A stretch of 64,000 nucleotides of DNA from Eledone cirrhosa (Eukaryota), in contig OZ024742.1 of the NCBI GenBank assembly GCA_964016885.1, positions 230,950,001 to 231,014,000 of the forward strand, in the 5' to 3' direction. The notes under the pieces are model-generated. The model was not told where the DNA came from, made no database searches, and saw only the letters and a list, made by a program, of their open reading frames with translations. Of this stretch, positions 14,488-27,699 are shown in pieces; within the stretch, counting starts at the first letter, position 1, and each line of letters begins with the position of its first letter. A program made the position numbers and the translations under genes.

Positions 14488-15052
14488 TTTGTTTTGTAGC
14501 CTTGATTTATATTTGTATGTGGTTTTTTTTTGGCAATTTATTTAGTTTGTTGTTTTGTTTGTTGGGTAATTTTTGTTTTGTTTCTTTTTTTTTTTTTCAT
14601 TTCTTTAGTTTCTTGATTCCATAATGAATTATTTGATACGGGCCTACATGGCTCAAGAAATTGTAGCAATTTATAACTAACTGGCACCAATTTGGAGGAC
14701 ATTTCAATCCTCGATACTCTTCAGTATTTGTAGTCTGTTAATGTAATCTATGAAACATTTTTTTTTCTTTGCTTGGTGTCGGTTCCTTGCTTTTTTCTTT
14801 TTTTTAAGATAACATCTCAAATAATCTAATGATATATGAGTAATTATAAGGATAACGCTGTGTTAATGAAAACTTAGCTCATCTTATAACAGTCAATATC
14901 TCGTTCAGTAACTACAGATGGATTTATGTAGTGTATGAAGGACAGGTTGAACCTATTATTCTCTATGCTATTTACTACGACCATTTCTAGCAACATATAT
15001 ATATATACAATATATTAATAAATGGAAACTATATTTATAAAACCATAATTAA

Positions 15053-15112
15053 TTTATTATATATATTTCAAGGGCAACCAAGGTAAATTATGGTGCGCTT
15101 TCATCAGATAAA
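15053..15112 (-). ncRNA. Type I hammerhead, family A (element ~15007-15195)
   Basis: uuuau CUGAUGA aagcgcacca-uaauuuaccu-ugguugcccuu GAAA uauaua UA auaaa; 5-bp stem I, palindromic stem III AUAUAUAU. Confidence 0.8.
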
Positions 15113-15250
15113 ATACAGATTTGTTTTATAAATAAATATTGACATACCCGGAAAAAAGACAACCTCAACGGTTGAAATTCGCTGGATAGTATATCAGTTA
15201 TAAAAATGTTTAAGCTTGTTGAATCCCACCAAATTAAATATAACCTCTGC

Positions 15251-15288
<38 letters not shown>

Positions 15289-15289
15289 G

Positions 15290-15372
<83 letters not shown>

Positions 15373-15601
15373 TTATATATGTATATATATATATATATAT
15401 ACGCATCTCTCCAAAAGTAACTAATAAAACCCCTACCATAACATTTTGATTAAGATATCTACAAGCCACTCTCTCCTACTTCTCCAACCCCTGCATATCT
15501 TTCCTTCTCTCTCCTTCTTCCCTACTTTTCTCTCTTCCTGTTCCACTCTATCTTCCCCAACAACCCCACTTAAGGGTTTTTACATTGTACATTTACCATT
15601 C

Positions 15602-15713
15602 TGCTCTGAGGAAACAGTGGTCACAGCATTGGATATTCGAGTTCTGCAAATACTTGTGAATTTGCACGTAGCGGAACTAGGCTGCAGTACCACCGTGGAA
15701 ACACTTGTAAGCA
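15602..15713 (+). ncRNA. Type I hammerhead with ~85-nt stem II domain
   Basis: ugcu CUGAGGA aacaguggu...accaccgug GAAAC acuu GUA agca, with AAUAAA at 15719. Internal helices guucugc/gcggaac and gcaaau/auuugc. Confidence 0.8.
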
Positions 15714-15769
15714 CACGGAATAAATTACCTTTTTATGATGTCTACCTGTTATTATTCATTCTTTATATG

Positions 15770-15855
<86 letters not shown>

Positions 15856-15894
15856 TATATATACACATACACACACATATCCACCTATGAGAAC

Positions 15895-15986
15895 ACATAT
15901 CTGAGGAGCTTCTGATTGCCGAGGAAAGAACGAACATTATTCGATCGTTCCGCGAGTTGATCGGTAGTGAAACATATGTAATATGT
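15895..15986 (+). ncRNA. Type I hammerhead with ~60-nt stem II domain
   Basis: acauau CUGAGGA gcuucugauu...gaucgguagu GAAAC auau GUA auaugu, then AUUAAA; 6-bp stem I, palindromic stem III ACAUAUGU. Confidence 0.85.
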
Positions 15987-16196
15987 AATTAAATATGTAT
16001 ATGATGCAATACTGACTCTTTGTTCCTTGCTTTTATTATATATATATATATCTAATATACATATAAGGTTGAGCAACTTCGAGTGATTAGCAACCTTTAG
16101 ACATCCTAATCAATGTAACAATTGTTAATACTGTAAATAAAACCCCTTTTGTACTGTTAACCATGTTATTCTTCACTCTTTCACTATATATACATA

Positions 16197-16301
<105 letters not shown>

Positions 16302-16859
16302 GTATGTGTGTGTGTGTGTGTGTGTTGCTGGAATTGGCGAATATATCTTCAAATTTCAAAATTCACAGTGCTTTGTGAGTCAAATAAATCTTGTTTATGT
16401 ATATGCATATATTAATAAATATTACGAGAGCAAAATGGGACTGTACTATATATATATATATCCCTACTCTGCAATTTAATATACATCGAGCCCTACCCTG
16501 ACTTGTTTTTCCATGATATTCGACTCGGTACCTCTTCATGTATTTTAATTTATTATCAACGTTTACATTTTTGGCTACTTTCTAACGCAATATGTTAGTT
16601 GTTTTGTTGTTGTTGTTGTTTTTTTGTAAATTCTGAGCTAATTTCTTTTTTAATAAATTTATTCGACAACCGTGTAAGAATCGAACCCGTTTCATCTAGC
16701 TGGGAGGAGGGTCTAGTATTTTCTCTTGATAAAAACCACAACAACAACAGAAATATTTTTGAATTGCGCCTATATACTAACTTGTATTCTCGTGTTTGAA
16801 AGATTTATCGACTGTCATTCAAAATGTCCATTATATAGATAGATAGATTTATATATATG

Positions 16860-17182
16860 TGTGTGTGTGTGGGCGTGTGTATGTGTGCGTGTGTATGTGT
16901 GTATATTTATATTTATTTATGTGTGTGTGTGTATGTGTGTGCGCGTGTGTATGTGTGTGTTTATATGTAGATATTTATCTTTATTTATATATGTGTGTGT
17001 GTATGTGTGTATGTGTGTGTGCGTGTGTGTGCGTGTGTATGTGTGTGTTTATATGTAGATATTTATCTTTATTTATATATGTGTGTGTGTATGTGTGTAT
17101 GTGTGTGTGCGTGTGTGTGCGTGTGTATGTGTGTGTTTATATGTAGATATTTATCTTTATTTATGTGTGTGTGTGTGTGCGT

Positions 17183-17218
<36 letters not shown>

Positions 17219-17230
17219 TTGTGTGTGTGT
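16860..17230. repeat. Compound tandem repeat, ~88-bp unit
   Basis: TTATATGTAGATATTTATCTTTATTTAT plus a (TG)n-rich segment, three copies. Confidence 0.85.
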
Positions 17231-17407
17231 GGTTATGTGTGTGTATGTATGTATTCCTGACATGTCATTGCAATTGCTTCAAGTGAAACCAACATAAAAA
17301 CTGGCCAGCAGTGTGTTGAATGTGACGTTCCGATTAAAAGATATTGTTTTTCCTACCAACTTATACCAACTGTTTCATTCCATTCCTGCTGTGATTTCTT
17401 AGTAGGC

Positions 17408-17580
17408 ACTGTTGTTGTTGTTGTTGCTGCTGCTGTTATTGTTGGTGGTGATGTTGAGGGTGGTGGTGGTGTTGGTGGAACTGGTGGTGTTGTTGTTGTT
17501 GGTGGTGGTGGTGGAGGTGGAGTTGGTGTTGCTGGTCGTGGTGGTGGTAGTGGTGGTCGTCGTGTTGGTGGGGGTGCCGG

Positions 17581-17611
<31 letters not shown>

Positions 17612-18648
17612 GATGGTGGAGGTGGAGCTGGTGTTGCTGGTAGTGGTGGTCGTCGTGTTGGTGGTGGTGCTGGTGGTGCTGGTGTTGTTGTCGTTGGTGG
17701 TGGTGGTGGTGGTGGTGATGGTGATGGTGGTGGTGATATTGGTGGTGTGGCCGTACTGGTGGTGGAGCTGGTGTTGTTGTTGTTGGTGGTGGTGGTGGTG
17801 GTGGTGGTGGTAGTGGTGGTGGTTGTGGTGATGGTGGCAGCGGCGGCGGCGGTGGTGGTAGTGGTGATGGTGGTAGTGGTGGTGGTCGTGCTGGTGGTGC
17901 TGGTGTTGTTGTTGTTGTTGGTGGTGGTGATAGTGGTGGTGGTGATGGTCGTCGTCGTCGTGCTGGGGGTGGTGCTGGTGGTGCTGGTGTTATTGTTGGT
18001 GGTGGTGGTGGTGATGGTGGTGGTGGTGGTGGTGGTCGTCGTCGTCGTCGTTGTCGTCGTTGTCGTGCTGGGGGTGGTGCTGGTGTTATTGTTGGTAGTG
18101 GTGGTGGCGGCGGTGGTGCTGGTAGTGGTGGTGGTCGTTCTCGTCGTTGTCGTGCTGGCGGTGGTGCTGGTGGTACTGGTGGTGCTGGTGTTATTGTTGG
18201 TAGTGGTGGTGGTGGTGGTGGTGGTGGCGGCAGCGGTGCTGGTAGTGGTGGTGGTGGCGGCGGCGGTGATGGTAGTGGTGGTGGTGGTCGTCGTTGTCGT
18301 CGTTGTCGTGCTGGGGGTGGTGATGTTATTGTTGGTAGTGGTGGTGGTGGTGGTGGTGGTGGTTTTTGTTGGTAGTAGTGGTGATGGTGGTGGTGGTAGT
18401 GGTTGTGGCGGCGGCGATTGTAGTGGTGGTGGTGGTGGTAGTGGTGGTGGTGGTGGTGGTCGTCGTTGTCGTCATTGTCGTGCTGGCGGTGGTGGCGGTG
18501 CTGGTGTTCCTGGTGTTGCTGGAGTTGGTACTATATATACAGTATATATATCGTTGGTTATGTTATTGCAGTTATTATCCTTACTGTCGTTCATATTGCT
18601 GTTTTTACTCATGTTGTCATTGCAGCCGACGTTGTCGTCGTCTTTGAT

Positions 18649-18681
<33 letters not shown>

Positions 18682-18988
18682 GACATTGCGCTTGTTGGTG
18701 CCGTTGTTGTTGTTGTTGTTGTTGTTGTTGTTCCCGGTGTTGCTGTTGTTCCCGGTGTTAGTTTTGTCGTCGTCGTCGTCGTTTCTGCTATTGTTGTTGT
18801 CGTTGATCTTGTTACTGTTGTTGTTGCTGTTGTCGTCGTTGTTGTTGTTGCTGTTGTTGTTGTTGCCGTTCATGTTGTTACTGTTGTTGTTGCTGTTGTT
18901 ACTGTTGTTGTTGAGGTTGCTTCCGTTACTGTTGTCGTCATTGTTGTTGTTGCTGTTGTTGAGGTTGTTTCCGTTACTGTTGTCGTCG

Positions 18989-19023
<35 letters not shown>

Positions 19024-19048
19024 GAAGTTGTTTCCGTTACTGTTGTCG

Positions 19049-19092
<44 letters not shown>

Positions 19093-19180
19093 GAGGTTGC
19101 TTCCGTTACTGTTGTCGTTGTTGTTGTTGTTGTTGCCGTGGCTGTTATTATTGTTGTCGTTGGAGTAGTTTTTGTTGTTT
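17408..19180. repeat. Long degenerate (GGT/GTT/GTC)n trinucleotide tract; minus strand reads Thr-rich
   Basis: Poly-Val/Leu plus-strand ORFs. The minus frame gives TTTVTEATSTTT-like repeats but has in-frame TGA stops near 18870 and 18610. Confidence 0.9.
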
Positions 19181-19420
19181 TACCTTCAATAACATTTGCT
19201 TGCTCAGTCTTAAATGTGTTCTATATCATAAATCTTAATGTTCCGGTTCCGGTCGATGTTCTATCTTCGATATCTAGAATTAACCGTTAGAGTAACTCAT
19301 GGAAAACAATAAAACAAATAAAAATAATAATAAAAGACAACTGTAATAACAATAATAACATCGAGAACAACAGCAATAACAACAATAAAAATAATATCAC
19401 TAGACGAAGAAGCGTTGGAA

Positions 19421-19460
<40 letters not shown>

Positions 19461-21167
19461 GTAATAATAATAATAATAACAACAACAACAATATCAAATA
19501 GCAATAATAAGACAAAAATGCATGTTTTAATGTGATTGACATCTCGCTTTCTGCATCAGCTCGTAGTAAAGATAGTCACGTGATACATTGCATACCAACA
19601 GCAAGATGGAGAAGGAGGAGATGTTTTAGGACATTAATAATTACATATTGACAATGCATTGCATCCAAGTGATTATTAGTTCTGCTTTATGTAGGGCATT
19701 GTATGGTAGGTTTTATATCATCGACGGAGTGTCATTCTGTCATATTCTAGCATCAGTAGGTGCAGTAATATGCAAGTACAATATATGCAATATATGTAGT
19801 ATAATATATCCATACATAAGTATGTACATGTCGTTGACATTTTGCTTGTCATTTACCTCCTTCCTTCCGTGTATCTATTTATCTCTTTTTTCTCTCATCC
19901 TCTGATTATACACGTCTAACACTAACACTTATCTCTCTAACCACCACTCTCACTCTCTTACTTCTCTCATCTCTAACATGTCTCTCCTTCTCTCTCTCCC
20001 ATTATCTCTCTCGTCCTCTCTTTCTATCTCTCTCGCTCCATTACTCTTTCTAGCTCTCTCTCTCTCTCTCCCTTACTCTTTCTATCTCTCTCTCTCTCCC
20101 TTACTCTTTCTAACTCGCTCTCACTCTCATTTCCTTTCTCTATCTCTCTTACGTTCATTTTGATTATTTGCTTCTCCCCTCCTTGTAACCTAATGTATCT
20201 AGCTGTTTCTCTTATTCTCTTGGTTTACTCATCACTAACACGTTTGTTTCTACACCTTTCTCGCTTTTTTCTCATCTCTTATGTTCCCCTCCTTCTCTAT
20301 TTCACTTTCTCTCTCTCCTCTCACTTTCACTTCCACTTTCTCTCTCTGTCTCTGCCTCTCTCTTACTTTCACTTTTGCCTTCCTTCTCTGTCGTTATCTC
20401 TCACACTCACTTTCGCTTTCGTCAGCTCTGTCTTTTTTACATAACTATACGATATGATGTACATATGACAAACATCTAAAGCCTGAATTAGGAGCATGTA
20501 CGATTTAAAAGTGATGTCACTGAAATACGTTATAACCATCCAATCAGATGCTTTCTTGGCAACACTTAATGCATTTTACAGCAAACATCCTTTCATAAGC
20601 TCTCCACTGTTATTCATTTATTTATTTTATTATGTTCATTTTTTTTTGTGATGTAGTAAATAGAATGATAGAAGTTTTAGATATATTTCCCCTACTTAAT
20701 GTTATAAAGAGAAAACAATAATTTCTTTTGTCAAACAGATAATCACTCTTCAGATGTACAGCTTTGGAAAATACTTTAACTGAAGGCAGATTTTGCAAGC
20801 AAATGTGTTAGCGCTTTTATGGTTTTTTACTCTTGTTCTTTCCTAATACATGACTAATAACCATGGAAAAGTTCTCAAAGTAATATCACTTACTCTGGAA
20901 ATATAGTTCTTGATTCAATATCCTTTAGATCTTTTATAGATAGATAGATAGTTGAATGAGTGATAGAGGGGTAGAGAGTTTGTGTGGTCATATGTGTGTA
21001 TGATATGTGTGCATGACATACATACTATATATATATATGTATATATATATGAGTGAGATGTTTCATTTTGAACTGTATCTTATGTCAGAATAATGTATAT
21101 TTAGTAGAGAAAACAATAGATCGATAGATAGATACATATATAAACGACACATAAACATATATACACA

Positions 21168-21212
<45 letters not shown>

Positions 21213-21523
21213 CAGAGGGGGAGAGAGGGGGAGACAAAGATTGATGCAATACAGACAAATTTAATTAACGTGTAAACATATTCAAACAATGCACTACGAC
21301 GCCACCCACTTTCGAGAAATGTTCATTCAGTTATATTACCATGATGGTTTCGTTAGGTACATTACATTACGTTTTCATATTTCTAATGAAAGACATTCCC
21401 TGTGACTTTCAAATACTTTTGAAAATAATAAAGAATATAACTAACTTACTCCTTATCAGGTTGATATTTGGAGAATAACTTAACAAAGATTCTCATATAA
21501 AATCATGATGGAAGGGCTTTATA

Positions 21524-21782
21524 TACCGTATTTTCCGGCATCGAAGACGATATTTTCTCCTAAAATAAGTCTCAAAAATCTAACATGCGTCCTGGAGGCC
21601 GATAGTTGTTTATTATTATTTTTTATTACGGGGTCGATAAAATAAAGTACCAGTAATGCACTGGGTAATTGCTGGCCTTGTGTCTAACGTAGAAACAATT
21701 ATTATTTTTTTCAAATTTTTAGTTGTCAAAATTAGAGTGCATCCTCGAGGACGAAGCGTCTTCGGCACCGTGAAATACAGTA
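21524..21782. mobile_element. pogo/Tigger-type MITE with a nested SINE 3' fragment (21627-21703)
   Basis: TIRs TACCGTATTTTCCGGCATCGAAGACG / CGTCTTCGGCACCGTGAAATACAGTA, the same family as 14301-14487. Confidence 0.75.
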
Positions 21783-22260
21783 AATAGAAACAGCTTTGTA
21801 TCGTGTGGTCGGTTTCTGCGGTTTGGTAACGATAAAGGGTTAACAAATAGGAGAAGGAATAAAACTAGAGAAGACAAAACAGAAATATTTCACTTTATAT
21901 TAAGACATATAAGCATATATTTCTAGTGAGCATGATACAGCAATATTGCAATGTAGACATATTTGTCACAGGAGAAAAAGCTCACTAACATTCTCGTTAT
22001 TTTACTTGCTGTTTGTAATATAAGTTTCTTCCTTTTTTATTCCATTTAATAGTGTGTTGCTTTTTATTAGATACTGCTCTATTATATAATGTCAATGCTT
22101 TTTGATGCCATTGTGAGAGGTTGTATATTGAATATATTTGTTTTTCATTTCAATTATTTTATAATAAAAAGTCTACATTGTACTTAATAAAGATTGTCAC
22201 ATAAAGATCTAATGGAATTTGTATCGCACAGTGCGGGCGATTTGAAATGACGGAAAGATT

Positions 22261-22341
22261 TTAGATAAACTAGAAGCGCTCTTAGATAAACTAGAAGCGG
22301 TTTTAGATAAACTAGAAGCGGTTTTAGATAAACTAGAAGCG
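22261..22341. repeat. 21-bp minisatellite x4
   Basis: TTAGATAAACTAGAAGCG(GTT/CTC) repeated four times with no unique spacers. Confidence 0.95.
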
Positions 22342-23113
22342 GGTTCAGGCGCGATAGTATCCAAAGCATTAAGCTAGTGCTTGGAACATAAAACGAAGAT
22401 GTTTTAGATAAATAGAAACACTTTAATATAAATAGTTTTCTACCATAGTCTAAGGGATGATTTGAGGTGCTTTATTATGAAAAGGGTTAAATAAAGAATC
22501 GAGTCTGGTTAGTAAAACATACGTCATCCTTCTTGTGTGGTACCATTTTAATAAAAACAGTGAAAGACGTTAAAAGAACGAAGCGTAAAGTGACAATTAA
22601 CTGCTTTATAGAATACTAGCTGAGGTATCCGGCTTCGCCTGGGAGAACAGTTAAGAGAAGACAGATAAAAGAGAAAAATACTATATTGGATGTGTTGTCT
22701 GGTATGAGGGGAGACCGGAATGTGCGTGTGAGAGAGAGACATAAAAAAAACAATCATAAAACTTCCTTATTAGGCTGGGGGAGTAAACTGCCGATTAAAT
22801 GGTAGCATTGGCCATGAATTTAAATGTGAAATAACCATAGTCAGTATGATCTTTTTCAGCTCCAAAGGATGTTATGTAAAACACAGCAATATACCGCATA
22901 AGATTGGTTTTGAAGTGTTGCTTCGTTAGTATGGACTGTGAGTAGTATATGGATAAAAGTATATGGATCAAATACTATCAATTTTTCTTTGTTCTGTAAA
23001 ATCAAAGACTTGTAAAACGACTTTACAAAAGCTAATGCAATATTGTTAAACCTTCAACTGATATATTTTGATCTATAGTTTAGGCCGAATCTAGACTTTT
23101 GTGGGACGTCACC

Positions 23114-23155
<42 letters not shown>

Positions 23156-23928
23156 CCCCCTCCCTCTCTCACTCTCTCTCTCTCTCTCTATCTCTTTGTA
23201 TAATGGCCTATCTCTCTCTTTCTGCCTCTCCCTCTGTGTGTCTCTCTCTTTATATGTGTGTGTATGTATTTGTGTGTGTGTGTGAGAGAGTGTGTGTGTG
23301 TGTGTGTAGTTTTCGTGTGATTCAACCAACCAACCAATAAACATCTCTCTTTTATATTATATATAGAGAGAGATTTAAAATGTCACTTTAGTAGTGAAGG
23401 TGGAGGGGAGGGTCGTCGTCGTCTCCATCGTGGTGGTATTTATATTGTTTAAGGCGTTGGTGGTGGTGGTGGTGGTGGTGGTGGTAGTGTTGTTATTGGT
23501 GCTATTGGGCCCAGGAATGGGCCTAATCGTGACCACTGAGGTCCAAGCTCCACAATGACCAGTTGCAAAGTGTAGGACAAACATTTTGACACAAGGGGAT
23601 AAATGAAAACAGGTAGTCACAAGGGGATAAATGAAAACAGGTAGTTGATCCGAATTTGCACATCGTCGAGATTACAAATGATGTACAAGTGTATCAGTGT
23701 TATATCTTCTATTAACTAAATCATTTTATGTTAATTTTATTTCGAAATTTCTATGTTGAAGTGGCAGAGTTTCGTTTTGAAATCATTAAATCTCAGTTTG
23801 AAGTGGCATGGTCACAAATTGAAGTACGATGTAATTTAAAATTACAAAGATTGTGCGTGGGTGTGTGTTTAAGTATATCTGTGGAAGCCTGTGTAACTGT
23901 AGACAGATATATACATTCTATGCAGGTG

Positions 23929-23963
<35 letters not shown>

Positions 23964-24049
23964 ACGCATGTACATTATAAATAGTATATGTATGTATACA
24001 ATGTGGATGTTATTGATAATAGAGAGCTCTGCATATTAAAATATATTTA

Positions 24050-24870
24050 GAAATGTGGTTTTCTTCAAAGTGTCAGTTTTATCATAATTTTCACCTTAAA
24101 GAAACTATAACTGCAATGATAAAAAATACAGTGGTATTCTTATACAATAATATGTCCTAAACATTCATCTGCCTACTTATCCTACCGTAACGTATAATTT
24201 TACAGGGAAACACGTTGTATCCTAAAGATATCAGTGTATAGCTAGATCCAATGAGCATCCAAGCTACCTTACCGCTAAAATGTTTAGTTTTATTGAAGAC
24301 TGTTGCCCCTATTGTCTCACTGCCTCTCTTGATAGTGACGTCTAAATTATTAACCTTGCTTACATCGCATCCATTTCTCTTCGCCTCTAAACTCTTCGGA
24401 TAGATTGTGTGCAGTAAAGCCCGTAATTAAGAACAAACGTATCAACATACCTACAACATCCATCCAACTGCCTAATTAGGCCTATTCTCCTAAACTTCCT
24501 TAACCTCTCCAGATAGTCAAACTCACAGAAAGATAAATATAAATCCGCCAGGAGCGAGCTACAATTTCCGCCCATTGGTATGCCACTGGTCTGCCTGAAA
24601 TCATTACCTGTAAATGAAACTTAAGAATTAATTACTATAAACCGGAGAGTCCATACGAGTTTATCCTTTGTCCAAAAAGTGAATCCGTTGTAGCTTATTC
24701 TAGACATTAAGCCCTTGCCGTTCCTGAAGGAAACATACTGAATCTTGTTCATGAAAACCAGGTCTATTATACAACCCCTTTCTCAACTAAATCCAGCTCT
24801 AGGCTAGTGTAGAAGGTGGAGATGTTATACACGTGAACTCTTTTTATATATCTTATTCTGCTCAATCTAG
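24050..24870 (-). pseudogene. PLE reverse transcriptase fragment (GIPMG..NC..LLADL type, Neptune-like)
   Basis: VYNISTFYTSL ... FRQTSGIPMGGNCSSLLADLYLSFCEFDY...CRYVD ... YDKTD; contains frameshifts and stops. Confidence 0.8.
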
Positions 24871-25104
24871 CTACAATTTATTAGTAATTCTTGTATATAT
24901 AAGAATAATCTGAGATCTCAATTTGACAATCGCCACCGACGAATGCGAGAAAGTTCTCCAGGAAAGTTAAAAAGGAATCTTTAAAATCTTCCCACCGAAG
25001 TTAACAAAGAACTTACAGGTTAACATTTGTATATATTAATATATTGTTTTCATATACTGTTGTTTCTGTTTACCTTTTACATATCTCTCTCTCTCTATAT
25101 ATAT

Positions 25105-25135
<31 letters not shown>

Positions 25136-25180
25136 CAATATATTAATAAATGGAAACTATATTTATAAAACCATAATTAT

Positions 25181-25240
25181 TTTATTATATATATTTCAAG
25201 GGCGACCAAGGTAAATTATGGTGCGCTTTCATCAGATAAA
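25181..25240 (-). ncRNA. Type I hammerhead, family A copy
   Basis: Near-identical to 15053-15112, within element ~25135-25310. Confidence 0.8.
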
Positions 25241-25591
25241 ATACAGATTTGTTTATAAATAAATATTGACATACCCGGAAAAAGACAACCTCAACCGTTG
25301 AAATTCGCTTATATATATATATATACCCCAGAGACATCCAAATCTCTCTTATATATAGTCACACATCTCAACACAACCTGATCTCAGTTTGACAATCGCC
25401 ACCGACGAATGCGAGAAAGTTTCCAGGAGAGTTAACCAGGAATCTTACTAGATCTCCAAAAGAACTTACTAGATCTCCCAATTCATAATATTCTAATTTT
25501 ATAAAATTAAATCAAATTTTAGAACTACAAATGAAGTTATTCTTTTCCTTTTTTCTCAAATATACCTAACTGTACCAAGGATCTCACACAT

Positions 25592-25620
<29 letters not shown>

Positions 25621-25622
<2 letters not shown>

Positions 25623-25828
25623 ACGAAGGAAGTGTGATAAGGAACCAGATGGACCATAACGCACCAGAGTACTCAATACTTAGGGTAGTAGAGTGGGTAA
25701 TAGGAAAATGTTTAACCCCGACGGCAGAGCTCAAGCCGTTTCGACGGCTATTTCTGGACGCTATTTCAGTCCAGAAATAGCCGTCGAAACGACTTGAGCT
25801 CTGCCGTCGGGGTTAAACATTTTCCTAT
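25621..25828. repeat. Family B element: palindrome (25700-25828) of an HHR 3' half plus a tail
   Basis: Arms read ...AGCCGTC GAAACGGC ttgagctct GCCGTC GGGG...; copies at 27310, 30862 and 35267, and a fragment at 26262. Confidence 0.9.
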
Positions 25829-25842
25829 ATATATATATATAT

Positions 25843-26164
25843 ATAGTATAAAAAAACGAAAAATCAGTGATGCATCTGGACTCAGTTTATTGCGTGTTAC
25901 AATTGTTTCGCCGGTAGGTAGCTCGAGACATGATCACTGTATGGATCTGGCTGATTCTATGGCTGCAGGTTCCTTCGGACACATGCAATTCGTTCGGAGA
26001 AAATTTGCTCCAAACGAATTGCATGTGTCCGAAGGAACCTGCAGCCGTAGAATCAGCCAGATCCATACAGTGATCATGTCTCGAGCTACCTACCGGCGAA
26101 ACAATTGTAACACGCAATAAACTGAGTCCAGATGCATCACTGATTTTTCGTTTTTTTATACTAT
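25843..26164. repeat. Near-perfect palindrome, ~158-bp arms
   Basis: Centre AAATTT at ~26003, about 3 mismatches. Each arm reads outward ...CCGGC GAAAC AATT GTA ACACGC AATAAA. Confidence 0.97.
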
Positions 26165-26317
26165 TCACACTCTGCTCTGTATGAATATTGAGTGCTAATT
26201 TTGGCATACCGCCTATGGAAGCACCATAGCTACCATTAATTACACACACGTATATATATATGAAAAGATTCAGGACCCCGACGGCTGGGCTCCGGCTTTT
26301 TGACACACATATATATT

Positions 26318-26406
<89 letters not shown>

Positions 26407-26409
26407 GGA

Positions 26410-26730
26410 ATAAAAATAATCAGGATTTCGTTACATTAGTTTATTTACCGAATGTGTCGGTAATACAATAGGAAAAGACTTCCCTACTGCATTGATTTCT
26501 TCAGAATCTATTGAACGGCGTAAATAACAATTATTTACCAGCCACATGTCCGAACATCTCAATTCCGAAAACGCAAACATTACCATGTTCAGGAATGTAT
26601 TTGGTAAATAATTATGTTATTTATGTTGAGAAATCAATACAGTAGAAATGTATTTTCCTATTGTATTGATTGAAACGTTCGTAAAGAAATAAAATAATTT
26701 TATGTAATTTAATCCTGGTTATTTTTATTA
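26410..26730. repeat. Old inverted repeat with a decayed hammerhead in each arm
   Basis: Left arm (minus) keeps CUGAAGA plus stem II. Right arm (plus) keeps stem II aaucaauacaguag/cuauuguauugauu plus GAAAC guuc GUA and AAUAAA. Confidence 0.7.
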
Positions 26731-27239
26731 ATTTTATATATCTTCTGTTATATTGTAAAATTACTGTGATTGGAAATTTACCGATTGGATTAGACTCTGA
26801 ACTGTCTTTTATCTATCATTCTGTGGACTATAAAATCACATTTGATCTTTGAATTATTCTTTGTCTTTATATGTTTGTGTTACCAATGTAAACTATTTAT
26901 ATATGTATTTCTTCACAAGTCCCACAGCAGTAGCGGAGTCACCACGTGTACATACTCGACCTGTTAGAAGCACATAGTCATAAATCTACACGTGGGCGAC
27001 TCAAATGTTATCCTAACATCGCTGCACTGTTTTTCTGAACAGCCACATGTTTCGGTGATGTCTTGAGCGTCTGAGCAGCCCTTTTTGAGGACGCACTGCT
27101 CACACATACCAGATGGGAAGGATCTAGAAAATCTGGTCAGCAGCCTGCAGTTCGCGGTGGTTCATAATGGCAGGGAAATCGTTGAAGTGATGGCCGTCTT
27201 ATGTAAGGAAGTGGCAGTTATCACTATATATATATATAT

Positions 27240-27304
<65 letters not shown>

Positions 27305-27309
27305 GGGGG

Positions 27310-27495
27310 GGGAAGAGTCAGAACCCCGACGGTTGAGCCCCGGCCGTTTCGACAGCTAGATCCGAACTAGCTGTCGAAACGGCCGGAGCTCAACCGTCGG
27401 GGTCCTGACTCTTTTCCTATTAAACACTCTACTACCCTGAGTATCGAGTACTCTGGTGCGTTATGGTCCACCTGGTATTTTACCACACTTTCTTA
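27310..27495. repeat. Family B element, palindrome 27311-27418
   Basis: GACAGCTAG-atccgaa-CTAGCTGTC centre, then GAAACGG..CCGTC GGGG. Confidence 0.9.
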
Positions 27496-27572
27496 GTTAT
27501 ATATATAATTAGAATACAAATAAATCGAACATTATCTTTGGTGTAACCCATGCATATGTATATATGTGTGTG

Positions 27573-27693
<121 letters not shown>

Positions 27694-27699
27694 TAATAT

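Noticed and set aside
17747-19290. 473-aa and 274-aa Val/Leu-rich plus-strand ORFs
   Set aside because: Low-complexity GTT/GGT repeats are naturally stop-free, so these are not credible membrane proteins.
22261-22341. Regularly spaced 18-bp repeat resembling a CRISPR array
   Set aside because: Spacers are only 3 bp and nearly identical, the context is eukaryotic, and there are no cas genes; it is a minisatellite.
25794-26306. Mirror-image ORFs on both strands (108 aa and 139 aa)
   Set aside because: Artefact of the 320-bp palindrome.
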